Position numbers and translations under genes: made by a program. Positions 7,849 to 18,060 of a stretch of DNA of 36,619 bases are shown here, piece by piece. Origin of the DNA: a virus (Duplodnaviria; Caudoviricetes); the IMG/VR virus record IMGVR_UViG_3300011116_000913, positions 1-36,619 of that record, one strand, 5' to 3'. How positions within the stretch are numbered: position 1 is the first letter of the stretch; each line of letters opens with the position of its first letter. The notes under the pieces were generated by a model. That model had not been told where the DNA came from, searched no databases, and saw only the letters and a list, made by a program, of their open reading frames with translations.

Positions 7849-8448
7849 ATGAAATCACAAGAGTTGTTTAAAGAATTTACAGATTTATTAGAGTTACGCG
7901 TAGCTAGCGAAAGAAAAGAAAAGTTCTTAAAGTTACTATCGGACTATGAGACTACATTACAAGAAGCTCCAGCCTCTATGTTCTTAGACAATAATTATTG
8001 TTATAAAGGAGGTCTATTACAGTTTGCAATTAACACCTACAATTTCGGATTAGGTCTTTGTAAATTATACAAGTCAACCGATATTGCCTTAGATTTTAAT
8101 TTAGAAGAGTTTACCGTAGCTGCATTATTTAATTCCATTGGACTATGCGGTGTAGACGAAGATTCTTTCTTTGTAGAAGAAACTTCTGATTGGCACAGAA
8201 AAAATTTAAATAGAGGATATAAGTTTAATGACGCAGCTAAGTTTTTAGTAGCTTCAGATAAATCTTTATATCTATTGCAGAAATATGTGACTTTATCATA
8301 CAATGAATACGTCGCAATAAAAATTCAAGCGGGGCTATATGATGATTCAGCATCCAAATATTTACAAATTCCAGAAACTAAAAAAGTAACTTTAGGTTCT
8401 ATCATCATGGCATCTACAGACGCAGCAAGACAAATGATTTCTTCATAA
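7849..8448 (+). CDS. HD-domain (YhaM-like) protein with degenerate active site
   Basis: APAS...Y.GGLL and AALF..IG spacing match the HD phosphohydrolase family, but the His/Asp ligands are substituted. ATG at 7849 is preferred over TTG at 7828. Confidence 0.65.
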   Translation: MKSQELFKEFTDLLELRVASERKEKFLKLLSDYETTLQEAPASMFLDNNYCYKGGLLQFAINTYNFGLGLCKLYKSTDIALDFNLEEFTVAALFNSIGLCGVDEDSFFVEETSDWHRKNLNRGYKFNDAAKFLVASDKSLYLLQKYVTLSYNEYVAIKIQAGLYDDSASKYLQIPETKKVTLGSIIMASTDAARQMISS

Positions 8449-8458
8449 AAAACAAAAT

Positions 8459-8761
8459 ATGCTAATAATATCAATAATAATAAACATAATACTTTTATAC
8501 ATAGCCATAGTAAATTTCTCTAAAAATGAAAAATTACTTATAGAGTCAGAGAAATACTTAAATGATTTAGAAAAAGAAAATGATAATTACTTTAATATAA
8601 TACTATCCATAAGATCAAGAGTAAGAGATTCACTAAACACAATGAGAACTCTAGATAGAATCGGAGCATTTGAATCAGATGATGAAGTTGGGACAGTATT
8701 TAAACAGTTAAGTCACACGATAGAGGAACTAGATTTACTTTTTACAGAGAATAAGAAGTAG
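8459..8761 (+). CDS. Small membrane-anchored coiled-coil protein
   Basis: N-terminal hydrophobic helix followed by a heptad-like region and GAFESDDEVG. Confidence 0.75.
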   Translation: MLIISIIINIILLYIAIVNFSKNEKLLIESEKYLNDLEKENDNYFNIILSIRSRVRDSLNTMRTLDRIGAFESDDEVGTVFKQLSHTIEELDLLFTENKK

Positions 8762-8767
8762 TAACAT

Positions 8768-8797
8768 AAAAGTCATCTTTTAAGATGGCTTTTTTTT
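8768..8797 (+). terminator. Rho-independent terminator
   Basis: AAAAGTCATCT-TTTA-AGATGGCTTTT hairpin running into a T8 tract. Confidence 0.75.
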
Positions 8798-8809
8798 ATT
8801 GGATATAAC

Positions 8810-9490
8810 ATGAAAAGATTAAAGAAAAAAATGTACTTCGATGATACAGTACAAAATTCAATAGTAGAATATAATAAACTGACATCACAAAAAGAAAAAA
8901 ATACATTATACGAATTAAATATATATCCTGCATTTTGTAAACTCGCTGAGAATTTAATAAACATGGGTAAATATATGTACATTGATTTACCGTATGAAGA
9001 TTTACATTGTCAAGTAGTTTCTATGCTGACTATAAAAATGCACAGATATAATGAAGAACGAGCTAAAGCATATTCTTTTTTTACCCGGATTGCTATAAAT
9101 TATCTCATTATGGAAAATAAGAAAGGGTATAAGAATAGAGTAGGAGAAGCAGAGTTATGGGAAATAGATGAAGAGAGAGATATAATAAATGAAGTAGTCA
9201 CTAAACATTATAAGGATTCTTTAGATGACTTTATTAATTTATGGACGGGAGAATTATATGAAAAATTAAGATGCACATTTAAAAATAATTTAGATAAAGC
9301 GATAGCAGATTCCATTATCGACATTTTTAAGCATCGAAAATCTTTATATGCATTTAATAAGAAAGCATTATATGTATTAATAAGAGAAAGATCCAATATT
9401 CCCATGACAAATACAAACAGAATCACAAAGATAGTAAAAATATTTAAAGATGATTTTGATTTGCAATTTAATAAATACATGAAGAAATAA
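8810..9490 (+). CDS. Phage RNA polymerase sigma factor, T4 gp55-like (late transcription)
   Basis: AFCKLAENLI...YEDL...MHRYNEERAKAYSFFTRIAINYLI resembles sigma region 2 of gp55-type factors (F..IAE.L...FDPEK..PFAYFT.I). Confidence 0.65.
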   Translation: MKRLKKKMYFDDTVQNSIVEYNKLTSQKEKNTLYELNIYPAFCKLAENLINMGKYMYIDLPYEDLHCQVVSMLTIKMHRYNEERAKAYSFFTRIAINYLIMENKKGYKNRVGEAELWEIDEERDIINEVVTKHYKDSLDDFINLWTGELYEKLRCTFKNNLDKAIADSIIDIFKHRKSLYAFNKKALYVLIRERSNIPMTNTNRITKIVKIFKDDFDLQFNKYMKK

Positions 9491-9491
9491 T

Positions 9492-9944
9492 ATGGAAGAT
9501 ATAAAATTATTTGATGATTTTAGCATGTCAAATCTACTGAAAGAGATTTATGGCAATTCTAAAAAAAGATCAAAAGAATTAGATAAGACATTAAAAGGGT
9601 TAGACGGCGTTGTGCAAAGTGTAAATGATGCAGTAGTTATTCTACCGGTAGTTAAAGAATTTTTTGATGTAATGGTTAAAAATGATGACCAACTTATAAA
9701 AATGGCAGCTATTGTACAAAGGATGTATAGTAAAGCGGCATCTATTTCAAGTGGTGATTTTAACTTAACTGAAGAAGAAAAAGAAATGCTACTTCAAGAG
9801 TTATCTCAAGAAACACAGAAAGAACTGACGGAATTAAAGATGCTACAAAAAGCTGAAGATAACTTATTAGATGAATTTCAAGACATAGATAAACAACTAG
9901 AAGATGGGCTATTTAGTATCGGCGGAAGTGATAGAGACCTCTAA
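9492..9944 (+). CDS. Hypothetical helical protein
   Basis: 150-aa ORF coupled to both neighbours. Confidence 0.75.
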   Translation: MEDIKLFDDFSMSNLLKEIYGNSKKRSKELDKTLKGLDGVVQSVNDAVVILPVVKEFFDVMVKNDDQLIKMAAIVQRMYSKAASISSGDFNLTEEEKEMLLQELSQETQKELTELKMLQKAEDNLLDEFQDIDKQLEDGLFSIGGSDRDL

Positions 9945-11877
9945 GGCATATAGTAAAAACCAAAAAGACGACAAAGGTAGAATACTTCCATTAGGCTCTG
10001 TAAAAATTAAGTTGCACCCAAATTCTTTAATAGGGAATGTACGAGCTCACTATGCTAGACCTTTATTCACTAACTTTAGAAATATACCATTACGAGGAGA
10101 GCATGTAGTTGTTTTTGAGCTTACTGGGTATGATGGTACGGATGCTCCAAACTTAGATAAAGTACTATATTATATTCCATTACCTATTAATTCAACTAAT
10201 GATTCGGTAATAAATCAAATACCTCACGCTTCTAATAGATCTAAATCGTCTGATAATAAACCCGCACCTCCTTTCGTTACTCCTGGCAATACTTTCCCTA
10301 AAAGACCATACACTGCTAATTTCATACAACCATTTGAAGGAGATACTACTTTTACTGGTAGGGGTGGTTCTTCTATAAGACTAGGCATTGGGTCGGGTCC
10401 TCATCCACAACACGAAAATCAACCAACATGGAAATCCGGAAAAGCAGGAAATCCAATAACTATAGTAGCTAATAAACCTATAGGACCAAGTAAACCATTA
10501 CCAAACGAAGTAAAAGATATACCTAATAGAGAAATAAAAGATTCATTATCCTACGCTATAGAAGACGCAGCTAATGATTTCTCTACTACTTATTGGACTT
10601 CTGACCAAGCCTTATCAAGATTTGTTTCGGTTAGAGCATGCCCCTCTCCTTTGTCTAGTATTCCAAGTTTCAATAAATCTCAATCGGCTACAAATGCAGA
10701 TAGGATAGTAATGCAAGCAAAGAAAGACGATATGATGTTGATTGCAAAAAAAACAATGTACTTATCTGCTTCAAAAATAAGACTTACCACTAATAAACAT
10801 GATGTAGATTTTGATGACCTCGTAAATTTTGTTCAAGACTTACACAGCGAAGTACAAGCATTAGCCGGTCCTGGAGGTATAACCACATCACCACTTGGAG
10901 GGCCTTCTTTAGTTTCTCCGCGGCTACCTAAAATAATAGCATTAAGATTAAAGTATACCCTAAATCCTAGCAGAGGTGTTTGGGGTGGGGGATGTTCTCA
11001 AAGTTTTCCACAACCTCCATCATTACCTTCTAATTTCAAGTTAGGAACCGATGGATTATCACGAGTACCTTCTACAGGCTTTACAAATAGCATACCGGGA
11101 ATGGATGGTAAAGCCGGAGGTTCTGTAACAGCATCTCCCGATATGCCCGGAGGTACTGATTCTACTACAAATTCAATAGGTAATCCATCTGTTGATGTAC
11201 CTAATTTTTCTATTAATCCTAACAACGCTCTCCCCAAAATGAAACCGCCGGGAACTCCAAGTGGAGCTAGTAATTCTAATACAGATTCTATTCCTGAAGT
11301 TGGTGGCGATTCAACAGAACCTGACGGCACTCCATCAAATATACCCGGCACACCGCAAGGTGAAGGTACATCTCCATTGTCCGGTGAAAACGGAGCTCCT
11401 GGAACTCCTGCAGGACCCGGAGAACCTGGTGGGCCCGGTGGGCCTAACGGACCGGGAGGGCCCGGATCACCTGGCACTCCATTTAGTCCGGAAATTGATT
11501 TAATAAACATACCAATAGATTATGTATATCCTGATGGAAAATGTTACGGTCATCTATTTAAGATAGTTTCTATTATTAAGAGTAAAAGAACTTCAGCGAT
11601 AGTTTCTGACGTTGTTTATTTAATATTAGTTATAAAAGAAGAATGCAAACCTGGTTGGTATATAGTAGGAAATAAATTTAAGTATAACACAGACATAGAA
11701 AAATTACTTTCGACTAACTTATTTATATTAGAAGAATCTATGCTTGTTGAAAAAAAGATATTAGTTAATTCCGACTGTATAAGAAAAGAACTAGAAGTTA
11801 CTTTATACGAAGATAATTACGCTCACTTATCTCACGAATTAGTGGATTTAAATAAAATAGTAGAAGTTAATTTTTAG
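9904..11877 (+). CDS. Baseplate hub/spike protein (gp5/VgrG-like N-terminus) with Pro/Gly-rich extension
   Basis: IPLRGEHVVV (OB-fold-like), PFEGD...GRGGSSIRLG and NADRIVMQAKKD beta-repeat motifs; lies upstream of the gp25-like gene. Confidence 0.55.
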   Translation: MGYLVSAEVIETSKAYSKNQKDDKGRILPLGSVKIKLHPNSLIGNVRAHYARPLFTNFRNIPLRGEHVVVFELTGYDGTDAPNLDKVLYYIPLPINSTNDSVINQIPHASNRSKSSDNKPAPPFVTPGNTFPKRPYTANFIQPFEGDTTFTGRGGSSIRLGIGSGPHPQHENQPTWKSGKAGNPITIVANKPIGPSKPLPNEVKDIPNREIKDSLSYAIEDAANDFSTTYWTSDQALSRFVSVRACPSPLSSIPSFNKSQSATNADRIVMQAKKDDMMLIAKKTMYLSASKIRLTTNKHDVDFDDLVNFVQDLHSEVQALAGPGGITTSPLGGPSLVSPRLPKIIALRLKYTLNPSRGVWGGGCSQSFPQPPSLPSNFKLGTDGLSRVPSTGFTNSIPGMDGKAGGSVTASPDMPGGTDSTTNSIGNPSVDVPNFSINPNNALPKMKPPGTPSGASNSNTDSIPEVGGDSTEPDGTPSNIPGTPQGEGTSPLSGENGAPGTPAGPGEPGGPGGPNGPGGPGSPGTPFSPEIDLINIPIDYVYPDGKCYGHLFKIVSIIKSKRTSAIVSDVVYLILVIKEECKPGWYIVGNKFKYNTDIEKLLSTNLFILEESMLVEKKILVNSDCIRKELEVTLYEDNYAHLSHELVDLNKIVEVNF

Positions 11878-11896
11878 ATTTATTATGTAGTTTAAA

Positions 11897-11909
11897 TATT
11901 TATTATAAA
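11897..11909 (+). promoter_or_regulatory. Putative phage late promoter TATTTAT
   Basis: TATTTATTATAAA, identical to 22536-22548 and directly upstream of an ATG. Confidence 0.55.
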
Positions 11910-11910
11910 C

Positions 11911-12315
11911 ATGGACAAGAATTTACTTATAAAATACTTAGTAAAAGAAATATCTCAAGAATTAAAGAAAGAGATAAAATCTATAATTAGAGAAGAATTT
12001 AACAATCTTAATAATAAAAATACTAGTAGGGTAGTAGAAAATTCTTATGTTAGAGAACAAAGGCCTGTTAAATCTAATAGCTCTTTGGACTCTCTCTTAT
12101 CAGCAACTACTCCTTTCAATAGCTCCGACATGGAGTATGGTCCTTCAGTGACTACAGAAAACATAAATTCTTATGACTATTCATACGCAAACGAACCTGT
12201 AGTTGACATGGATGGTAAAGTAGTCCTGCCTTCATCAGAAGGTGGTAATCTAATGAGTAAATTACTTTCTAGAAATTATACACCAGTATTGAAAAAAGCT
12301 GAAAAAATAAAATAA
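11911..12315 (+). CDS. Hypothetical protein
   Basis: 134-aa ORF; stop overlaps the next start (TAATG). Confidence 0.75.
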   Translation: MDKNLLIKYLVKEISQELKKEIKSIIREEFNNLNNKNTSRVVENSYVREQRPVKSNSSLDSLLSATTPFNSSDMEYGPSVTTENINSYDYSYANEPVVDMDGKVVLPSSEGGNLMSKLLSRNYTPVLKKAEKIK

Positions 12316-12827
12316 TGGCTAGAATAATATACAAGGCATATCCACCTGATACGCAATTAGATAAAGCCGTTGGTATTTTATTACCCTTTAATAGAAATAC
12401 ATTTGTTAGGAGTGCTTTAGAAGCCTATAATAAAAAACCATCAAGGGATGTAGGACCTTTTAAATTATCATATACTACTGAAGAACAAGCAATTAGTAAT
12501 TTAATAAATTTACTAATGACTCGAAAAAGCGAACGGTATATGCAACCTAATTTCGGTACAATACTTAGAGATTTTGTTTTTGAGCAAAACAGTTCGTTTA
12601 ATAGAGGTTTTTTAGAATCTTCGCTAGAGGAAGATATAGGATTTTGGCTTCCTTATATAGTCCTTAAAGATTTAAGTGTGGGTATTGGAGGTAATCAAAA
12701 CTACGGGTATTCAGAGCAAGAAAATTCAGTTAATGTGAGAATAACATTTTCCGTTACAGAACGAGGTGCAAATAGAACAATAATAATCTATAATTCGGGT
12801 AATGATTTAGCCGCTGAAATATTATAA
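12315..12827 (+). CDS. Baseplate wedge protein, gp25/GPW-like
   Basis: NLINLLMTRKSERYMQPNFGTILRDFVFEQ is the gp25-family signature. Confidence 0.85.
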   Translation: MARIIYKAYPPDTQLDKAVGILLPFNRNTFVRSALEAYNKKPSRDVGPFKLSYTTEEQAISNLINLLMTRKSERYMQPNFGTILRDFVFEQNSSFNRGFLESSLEEDIGFWLPYIVLKDLSVGIGGNQNYGYSEQENSVNVRITFSVTERGANRTIIIYNSGNDLAAEIL

Positions 12828-12829
12828 AA

Positions 12830-14716
12830 ATGAGCAAGAGAAGTAATTTAATTAGTAAGGATGTAAAATATGTAAATAAAGATTTCGGAGAATTCAGACA
12901 ATCTTTAATAGATTTTTCTAGAAATTACTTTCCTGATACATACAATGATTTTAACGAGGCATCTCCTGGTATGATGTTTATAGAACTAGCTTCTTATGTA
13001 GGAGATGTTCTATCATTTTATACGGATATTCAGTTAAGAGAATCTTTATTATCCACCGTACAAGAAAAAATAAATTTATATAACATTGCTAACTCATTAG
13101 GTTTTAAGCCATCTTTAATTACTGGAGCTTCTGTGGACTTAGATATCTATCAAATAGTTCCTGCTACTGGAAATGGACCTAATAACAAGCCTGATTTTAA
13201 GTATGCTTTATCTATAGATTCTAGTTTAGTAGCTTCAAGTGGAGAAAATATAACATTTAGGACAATTGAATCTGTCGATTTTAGATATAGCTCTTCCTTA
13301 GATCCTACTGAAATATCTGTTTATTCAATTGATAATACAGGAGAAGTAGAAAATTATCTATTTAGGAAAAAAGTAAAAGCAGTATCCGGAACTATTTTAT
13401 CAAGACAATTTAGTTTTGCCTCGCCTAAACCTTACGATAAAATTACTTTACCTGAAACTAATGTTCTTGAAATATTAAGCATAACAGATTCAGATGGTAA
13501 CAAGTGGTACGAGGTACCATATTTGGCTCAAGATACCATACCAATTCCTGTACAAAATTTACCACATAACGACCAAAATTTGTCTCAATACAGAGATTCA
13601 GCACCTTATCTACTAACTTATTTACAAACAGAAAGAAGATTTGTAACTAGACTTAGATTAGATGATAGGACTGAAATACAATTTGGTGGTGGTGTTAGTA
13701 GTGAAGTCGATGAAGAAATTGTACCTAATCCTTTTAATGTTGGATCCGGTTTAAATTATTTTGAAAGAGTTGTTGATTTAAGCATATCCCCGGAAAATTT
13801 CTTATATACAAAAACTTATGGTTCAGCCCCTTCTAATACTACTCTTACAGTACAATACGCTATCGGTGGTGGTATTCCGGATAATGTCTCTGCAAATTCA
13901 ATAACTACCATAACATCTGTAAATGTATTAACTCCTTTAGGTGCCTTAGACCCTACTTTATATAATGCATCCGTAGGCTCTCTTGTCATAAACAATCCTG
14001 AACCTGCTAGAGGAGGTATAGCAGATAAGCCAATAGAAACTTTGAGAGAGGAAGCCATAAATCACTTTGCTTCTCAGAATAGAGCAGTAACAAAAGATGA
14101 TTATATAGTCAGATGCTATACTCTACCTCCTAAATTTGGAGCAGTAGCTAAAGCTCATATTGAAAGAGATGCACAAACTAGAGCTTACGGAACCTTTGAT
14201 TTTATTCCAAATCCACTTTCACTTAATTTGTATTTATTAGGATATGATAATAATAAGAACTTTACTCCTTTAAATATGGCAGTAAAAATGAATCTTAAAA
14301 ATTATCTATTACAATATAGAATGTTAACAGACGCTATAAACATAAGAGATGCTTTTATCATAAACATAGCCATAAGTTTTGAAATATTAACATCTCCTAC
14401 ATATAATTCAAATGAAGTTCTTTTACAATGCTTATCTAACCTCAGAGATTATTTTTCCAATGATAAAATGCAGATAGGTCAACCTATTTATATAAGTGAA
14501 GTTATGTGTTTAATTAAAGATGTACAGGGAGTGAAAAATATACTATCATTTGATATACATAATAAATATGAGGAGAGTGAAGGATACTCGGGTAATTACT
14601 ATGATATAGCCACAGCAACAAGGAATAATATTCTATATCCAGCATTAGACCCTTCGATTTTTGAAGTTAAGTATAAGAACAGAGACATATTAGGAAGAGT
14701 AGTAAATCTAACATAA
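12830..14716 (+). CDS. Baseplate wedge subunit, T4 gp6 / baseplate J-like
   Basis: DFGEFRQSL...DFNEASPGMMFIELASYVGDVLSFYTD, IQFGGG and QNRAVTKDDY motifs. Confidence 0.88.
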   Translation: MSKRSNLISKDVKYVNKDFGEFRQSLIDFSRNYFPDTYNDFNEASPGMMFIELASYVGDVLSFYTDIQLRESLLSTVQEKINLYNIANSLGFKPSLITGASVDLDIYQIVPATGNGPNNKPDFKYALSIDSSLVASSGENITFRTIESVDFRYSSSLDPTEISVYSIDNTGEVENYLFRKKVKAVSGTILSRQFSFASPKPYDKITLPETNVLEILSITDSDGNKWYEVPYLAQDTIPIPVQNLPHNDQNLSQYRDSAPYLLTYLQTERRFVTRLRLDDRTEIQFGGGVSSEVDEEIVPNPFNVGSGLNYFERVVDLSISPENFLYTKTYGSAPSNTTLTVQYAIGGGIPDNVSANSITTITSVNVLTPLGALDPTLYNASVGSLVINNPEPARGGIADKPIETLREEAINHFASQNRAVTKDDYIVRCYTLPPKFGAVAKAHIERDAQTRAYGTFDFIPNPLSLNLYLLGYDNNKNFTPLNMAVKMNLKNYLLQYRMLTDAINIRDAFIINIAISFEILTSPTYNSNEVLLQCLSNLRDYFSNDKMQIGQPIYISEVMCLIKDVQGVKNILSFDIHNKYEESEGYSGNYYDIATATRNNILYPALDPSIFEVKYKNRDILGRVVNLT

Positions 14717-14717
14717 A

Positions 14718-15842
14718 ATGCAGTATTCAGTATATCCCATAAGAGATGCCACTATATATGAAGGAAAACCTGATTTAAATTCAGGTTTAGATTCAATAAT
14801 AGAGTTAGAAAAGATATCTCACAATGTTGCAGATTCTAATGATGTTTACTATAATTACAATTATAATTCTAGAATATTGCTTCAAATAGATTCCACCGAA
14901 ATAAATAAATTAATTCAGAATGGAACTGTAAAAAAATCAAGCAAATATTATTTAAATTTATTCTCGGCGCAAGCTGATAATTTAGCCTTGTCTTATTCTA
15001 TATACGCATACCCGGTTAGTGAATCTTGGAGTCAAGGGAAGGGGTATTATAATTCTTCCCCTCAAATTAAAGATGGAGTTTCTTGGACTTACAGGAACGG
15101 CTCTTTTAACACGACAGGTAAAAAATGGACTTCTGGTTCGTTTGTTGCAGGAACTACAGGTTCATACGTAACACAAAAAGGAGGTGGTACTTGGTATTAT
15201 CAAAGTGGTTATGTCGCATCTCAATCTTTTGACCAAGAAAGTCCGGATGTAAGAATGGACATTACTAACATTGTTCATAAATGGATTTCAGGTTCTATTT
15301 CCAATAATGGCCTCATCATAAAAAGAAGTGACAATGATGAGAAAAGTTGTGATGTAATGGGATCAGTAAAATTTTTTAGCAGGGAAACTAATACTATCTT
15401 CATTCCAAGATTAGACATTGTATGGAATGATGCAGACTTCTCAGGAACATCATCATTCGCTCAAGTACCAAACGAAGATTTCGTACTACATTTCAAAAAT
15501 AAAAAAGCATCTTATTACCCAACAGACAAAACAAAGTTTAGATTCTTAGTAAGAGATAGGATTCCAGTTAAGACATATTCTACATCTTCAAATTACATTT
15601 TAAGTAAAAGATTACCAACATCTTCTTATTATGCAATACAAGATGAACAAACATCTATGTACGTTGTTCCATTTGATGATAGGAATGTGATAAGCTGTGA
15701 CAATAAAGGAAATTATTTTAAAGTAAATTTTAATACATTTCTTCCAAATAGATATTATAAAGTTCTAATTAAAGTGAAGATGGATGGAGGAGACATTGAA
15801 AAAACAATTGATGATTCTATATATTTTAAAGTTAGTAAGTAG
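14718..15842 (+). CDS. Virion protein with DNRLRE-like domain
   Basis: [38 protein letters not shown] and FFSRE....PRL.I.W pattern. Confidence 0.6.
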   Translation: MQYSVYPIRDATIYEGKPDLNSGLDSIIELEKISHNVADSNDVYYNYNYNSRILLQIDSTEINKLIQNGTVKKSSKYYLNLFSAQADNLALSYSIYAYPVSESWSQGKGYYNSSPQIKDGVSWTYRNGSFNTTGKKWTSGSFVAGTTGSYVTQKGGGTWYYQSGYVASQSFDQESPDVRMDITNIVHKWISGSISNNGLIIKRSDNDEKSCDVMGSVKFFSRETNTIFIPRLDIVWNDADFSGTSSFAQVPNEDFVLHFKNKKASYYPTDKTKFRFLVRDRIPVKTYSTSSNYILSKRLPTSSYYAIQDEQTSMYVVPFDDRNVISCDNKGNYFKVNFNTFLPNRYYKVLIKVKMDGGDIEKTIDDSIYFKVSK

Positions 15843-18040
15843 TGGAAGAAAATAATATCATAAATATACATAGATTATCAGATCCAAATAATAGAAGATC
15901 AGGCCCTAACTTATCTACTGGAGAATATACGTATTTAAATGGAGACATCTATAAAGGTCAATATCATGTGGATGAGTATGGAAAATACATGTCTGGAAGA
16001 TTTACCACAGAAGAATCTAAAGAGTTAATAAAAATTGGAGATGCCTTAGATGTAAATAATAAATTAGAAATATCTCTTCCTGTCCCAAAAAATGAAATTA
16101 ATACATCTACTGAAAAGGATGACTATGTAAATTATAAGATTGTTAGAAGATATGAAGGAAATGTAGAAAAAGTCATATTTGGAACCATAAATGAAAGGGT
16201 ACCTGAAGTAGAAGGACAAAATAAAAACAGATACTCTACCGAAGATATAAATAAAGCAAACAAGCCAAAATTAAAAGTAAATCTCAAGGGAATAAAATAC
16301 GTACCCATAAGTTATAAACTACAAGGAACTACTTTATCTGTAGACCCGGGATATTATTTTATAAGACCCGAAAAAGTTATTGTTTCTGACTTCATACTTT
16401 CTAAAATAATTGATGCAAATTTTAATTATTTCATTGGAGTTAATAATCAAGCACTAACAGATATCTCAATATGTCTTATTCCTAACAATGAGACATTAGA
16501 AGTTATGATGTTTGAGAGAAATAAAACCTATAATGACGTAGTATCCATTGAACGAATAGATTTTTCTGAATTATCTGCTTATCCTTTAGGAACCTTTGTT
16601 AAAATTGCGGAAGTTGGAGCAAGACCTTTAGAAGATTATACTTACTATTTTATAAACACTGACAATAACGGAAATTGTACTGATTTATCTTCCTCTTGGA
16701 CACTTGAGGTTAGGAAAAAAGTAAGAAACATTGTTGACCCTGTTGTTCCAATTATTAATAACGTTCCTTCAACAATAGTTAATAACATTCCGATTCCTGG
16801 CGTAGATGGTAAAGACGGTAGAGATGGTAGAGATGGTATAGATGGTAGAGACGGAATAGATGGGGGTAGTGGACCTGCCGGACCTGCGGGACCTGCGGGA
16901 CCTGCCGGACCTGCCGGACCTGCGGGAGGACTTGGGCCAATAGGACCTGCCGGACCTACCGGACCTGCGGGAGGACTTGGACCAATAGGACCTACCGGAC
17001 AGAATGGTACTAACGGAATACCCGGACAAAATGGACAACCCGGAGGATTAGGACCAATAGGACCACAGGGACCTGCCGGACCAACCGGAGCATCTGGCAC
17101 TAATTCTCTTTGTCCGGAATGTCCTAAAGATAATACAGGAGGAACAGGTCCTAGTACCGGAGGTGGTACAGGAGGAGGAACAGGTCCTAGTACCGGAGGT
17201 GGTACAGGAGGAGGAACAGGTCCTAGTACCGGAGGTGGTACAGGAGGAGGAACAGGTCCTGATACAGGGGGTGATACAGGTGGAGGAACAGGTGGTACTG
17301 ATACCGGAGGCGGAATAGGAGGTACTAGCACAGGGGCAGGAAATAAATACTGGCGAATGATTCCTTGTAATTCTTCTACTCCTCCCGCTTATACCGCCAC
17401 ACAACCTAAAGCAAACCAACTTTATCTTAGCATCGCAAAAAATCTTTCTTATTACTGGGATGAATTAGAACCAAATTTCTATCCTACCACATTAGACATA
17501 ACAATACTTACCGATTTACTTGAAATTAAAGGAGCTACGAATTGTCCAGGTATCGGAGGAGGAACTCCTGGTGGCGGAACTCCCGGAGGTGGTGGAGACA
17601 CTAATAAAATAGTAATATATGAACTCGTATCTTGTACTGACGAAAACGATAAAATATACACTTCTTTAAGTATAGGTAGTATTAATCAAATTTGCACTTT
17701 ATTTTTAAATAGTGGAAATAAGAGCTATCAATATAGAGGTAATTCTGCTCTTGTAGATAGAAATCAAGCTCCTACTTTGGTTACTGTTTCTATAGATTTA
17801 AACAATTTTAATTGTCCTACAATATTAGGCCCATCAGGAGGGGGAGGGCCCGGTGGGGGACAAGACACTAGTTCTATAGATATAAGAGGTGGTACGCCAG
17901 GAAATACTATAGACTTCATGAGTTATCAAAATATTAGTAATAATTCAGGTATTGATGATACAAGAGGTGGTGGCGGAGGTGGTACGGGTGGTGGTAATGG
18001 TAATCCTCCTTACGATCCATTTTCTCGAAAGAATAATTAA
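15842..18040 (+). CDS. Collagen- and Gly-rich virion protein
   Basis: 732 aa, GTG start. G-X-Y run at ~16798-17100, [12 protein letters not shown] repeats and Cys-bracketed C-terminal modules. Confidence 0.75.
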   Translation: MEENNIINIHRLSDPNNRRSGPNLSTGEYTYLNGDIYKGQYHVDEYGKYMSGRFTTEESKELIKIGDALDVNNKLEISLPVPKNEINTSTEKDDYVNYKIVRRYEGNVEKVIFGTINERVPEVEGQNKNRYSTEDINKANKPKLKVNLKGIKYVPISYKLQGTTLSVDPGYYFIRPEKVIVSDFILSKIIDANFNYFIGVNNQALTDISICLIPNNETLEVMMFERNKTYNDVVSIERIDFSELSAYPLGTFVKIAEVGARPLEDYTYYFINTDNNGNCTDLSSSWTLEVRKKVRNIVDPVVPIINNVPSTIVNNIPIPGVDGKDGRDGRDGIDGRDGIDGGSGPAGPAGPAGPAGPAGPAGGLGPIGPAGPTGPAGGLGPIGPTGQNGTNGIPGQNGQPGGLGPIGPQGPAGPTGASGTNSLCPECPKDNTGGTGPSTGGGTGGGTGPSTGGGTGGGTGPSTGGGTGGGTGPDTGGDTGGGTGGTDTGGGIGGTSTGAGNKYWRMIPCNSSTPPAYTATQPKANQLYLSIAKNLSYYWDELEPNFYPTTLDITILTDLLEIKGATNCPGIGGGTPGGGTPGGGGDTNKIVIYELVSCTDENDKIYTSLSIGSINQICTLFLNSGNKSYQYRGNSALVDRNQAPTLVTVSIDLNNFNCPTILGPSGGGGPGGGQDTSSIDIRGGTPGNTIDFMSYQNISNNSGIDDTRGGGGGGTGGGNGNPPYDPFSRKNN
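17135..17290 (+). repeat. 36-bp tandem repeat, ~4 copies ([12 protein letters not shown])
   Basis: ggaacaggtcct at 17141, 17177, 17213 and 17249. Confidence 0.9.
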
Positions 18041-18060
18041 AATTACTTCAATAATCAGAT

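Noticed and set aside
10998-11510. 170-aa minus-strand Pro/Gly ORF (likewise 16645..17331, 16769..17038, 17048..17419, 26037..26360)
   Set aside because: Antisense shadows of GC-rich repeat regions inside longer plus-strand genes.
17135-17290. 36-bp repeats as a CRISPR array
   Set aside because: Head-to-tail with no unique spacers, in frame within a CDS, and no cas genes.
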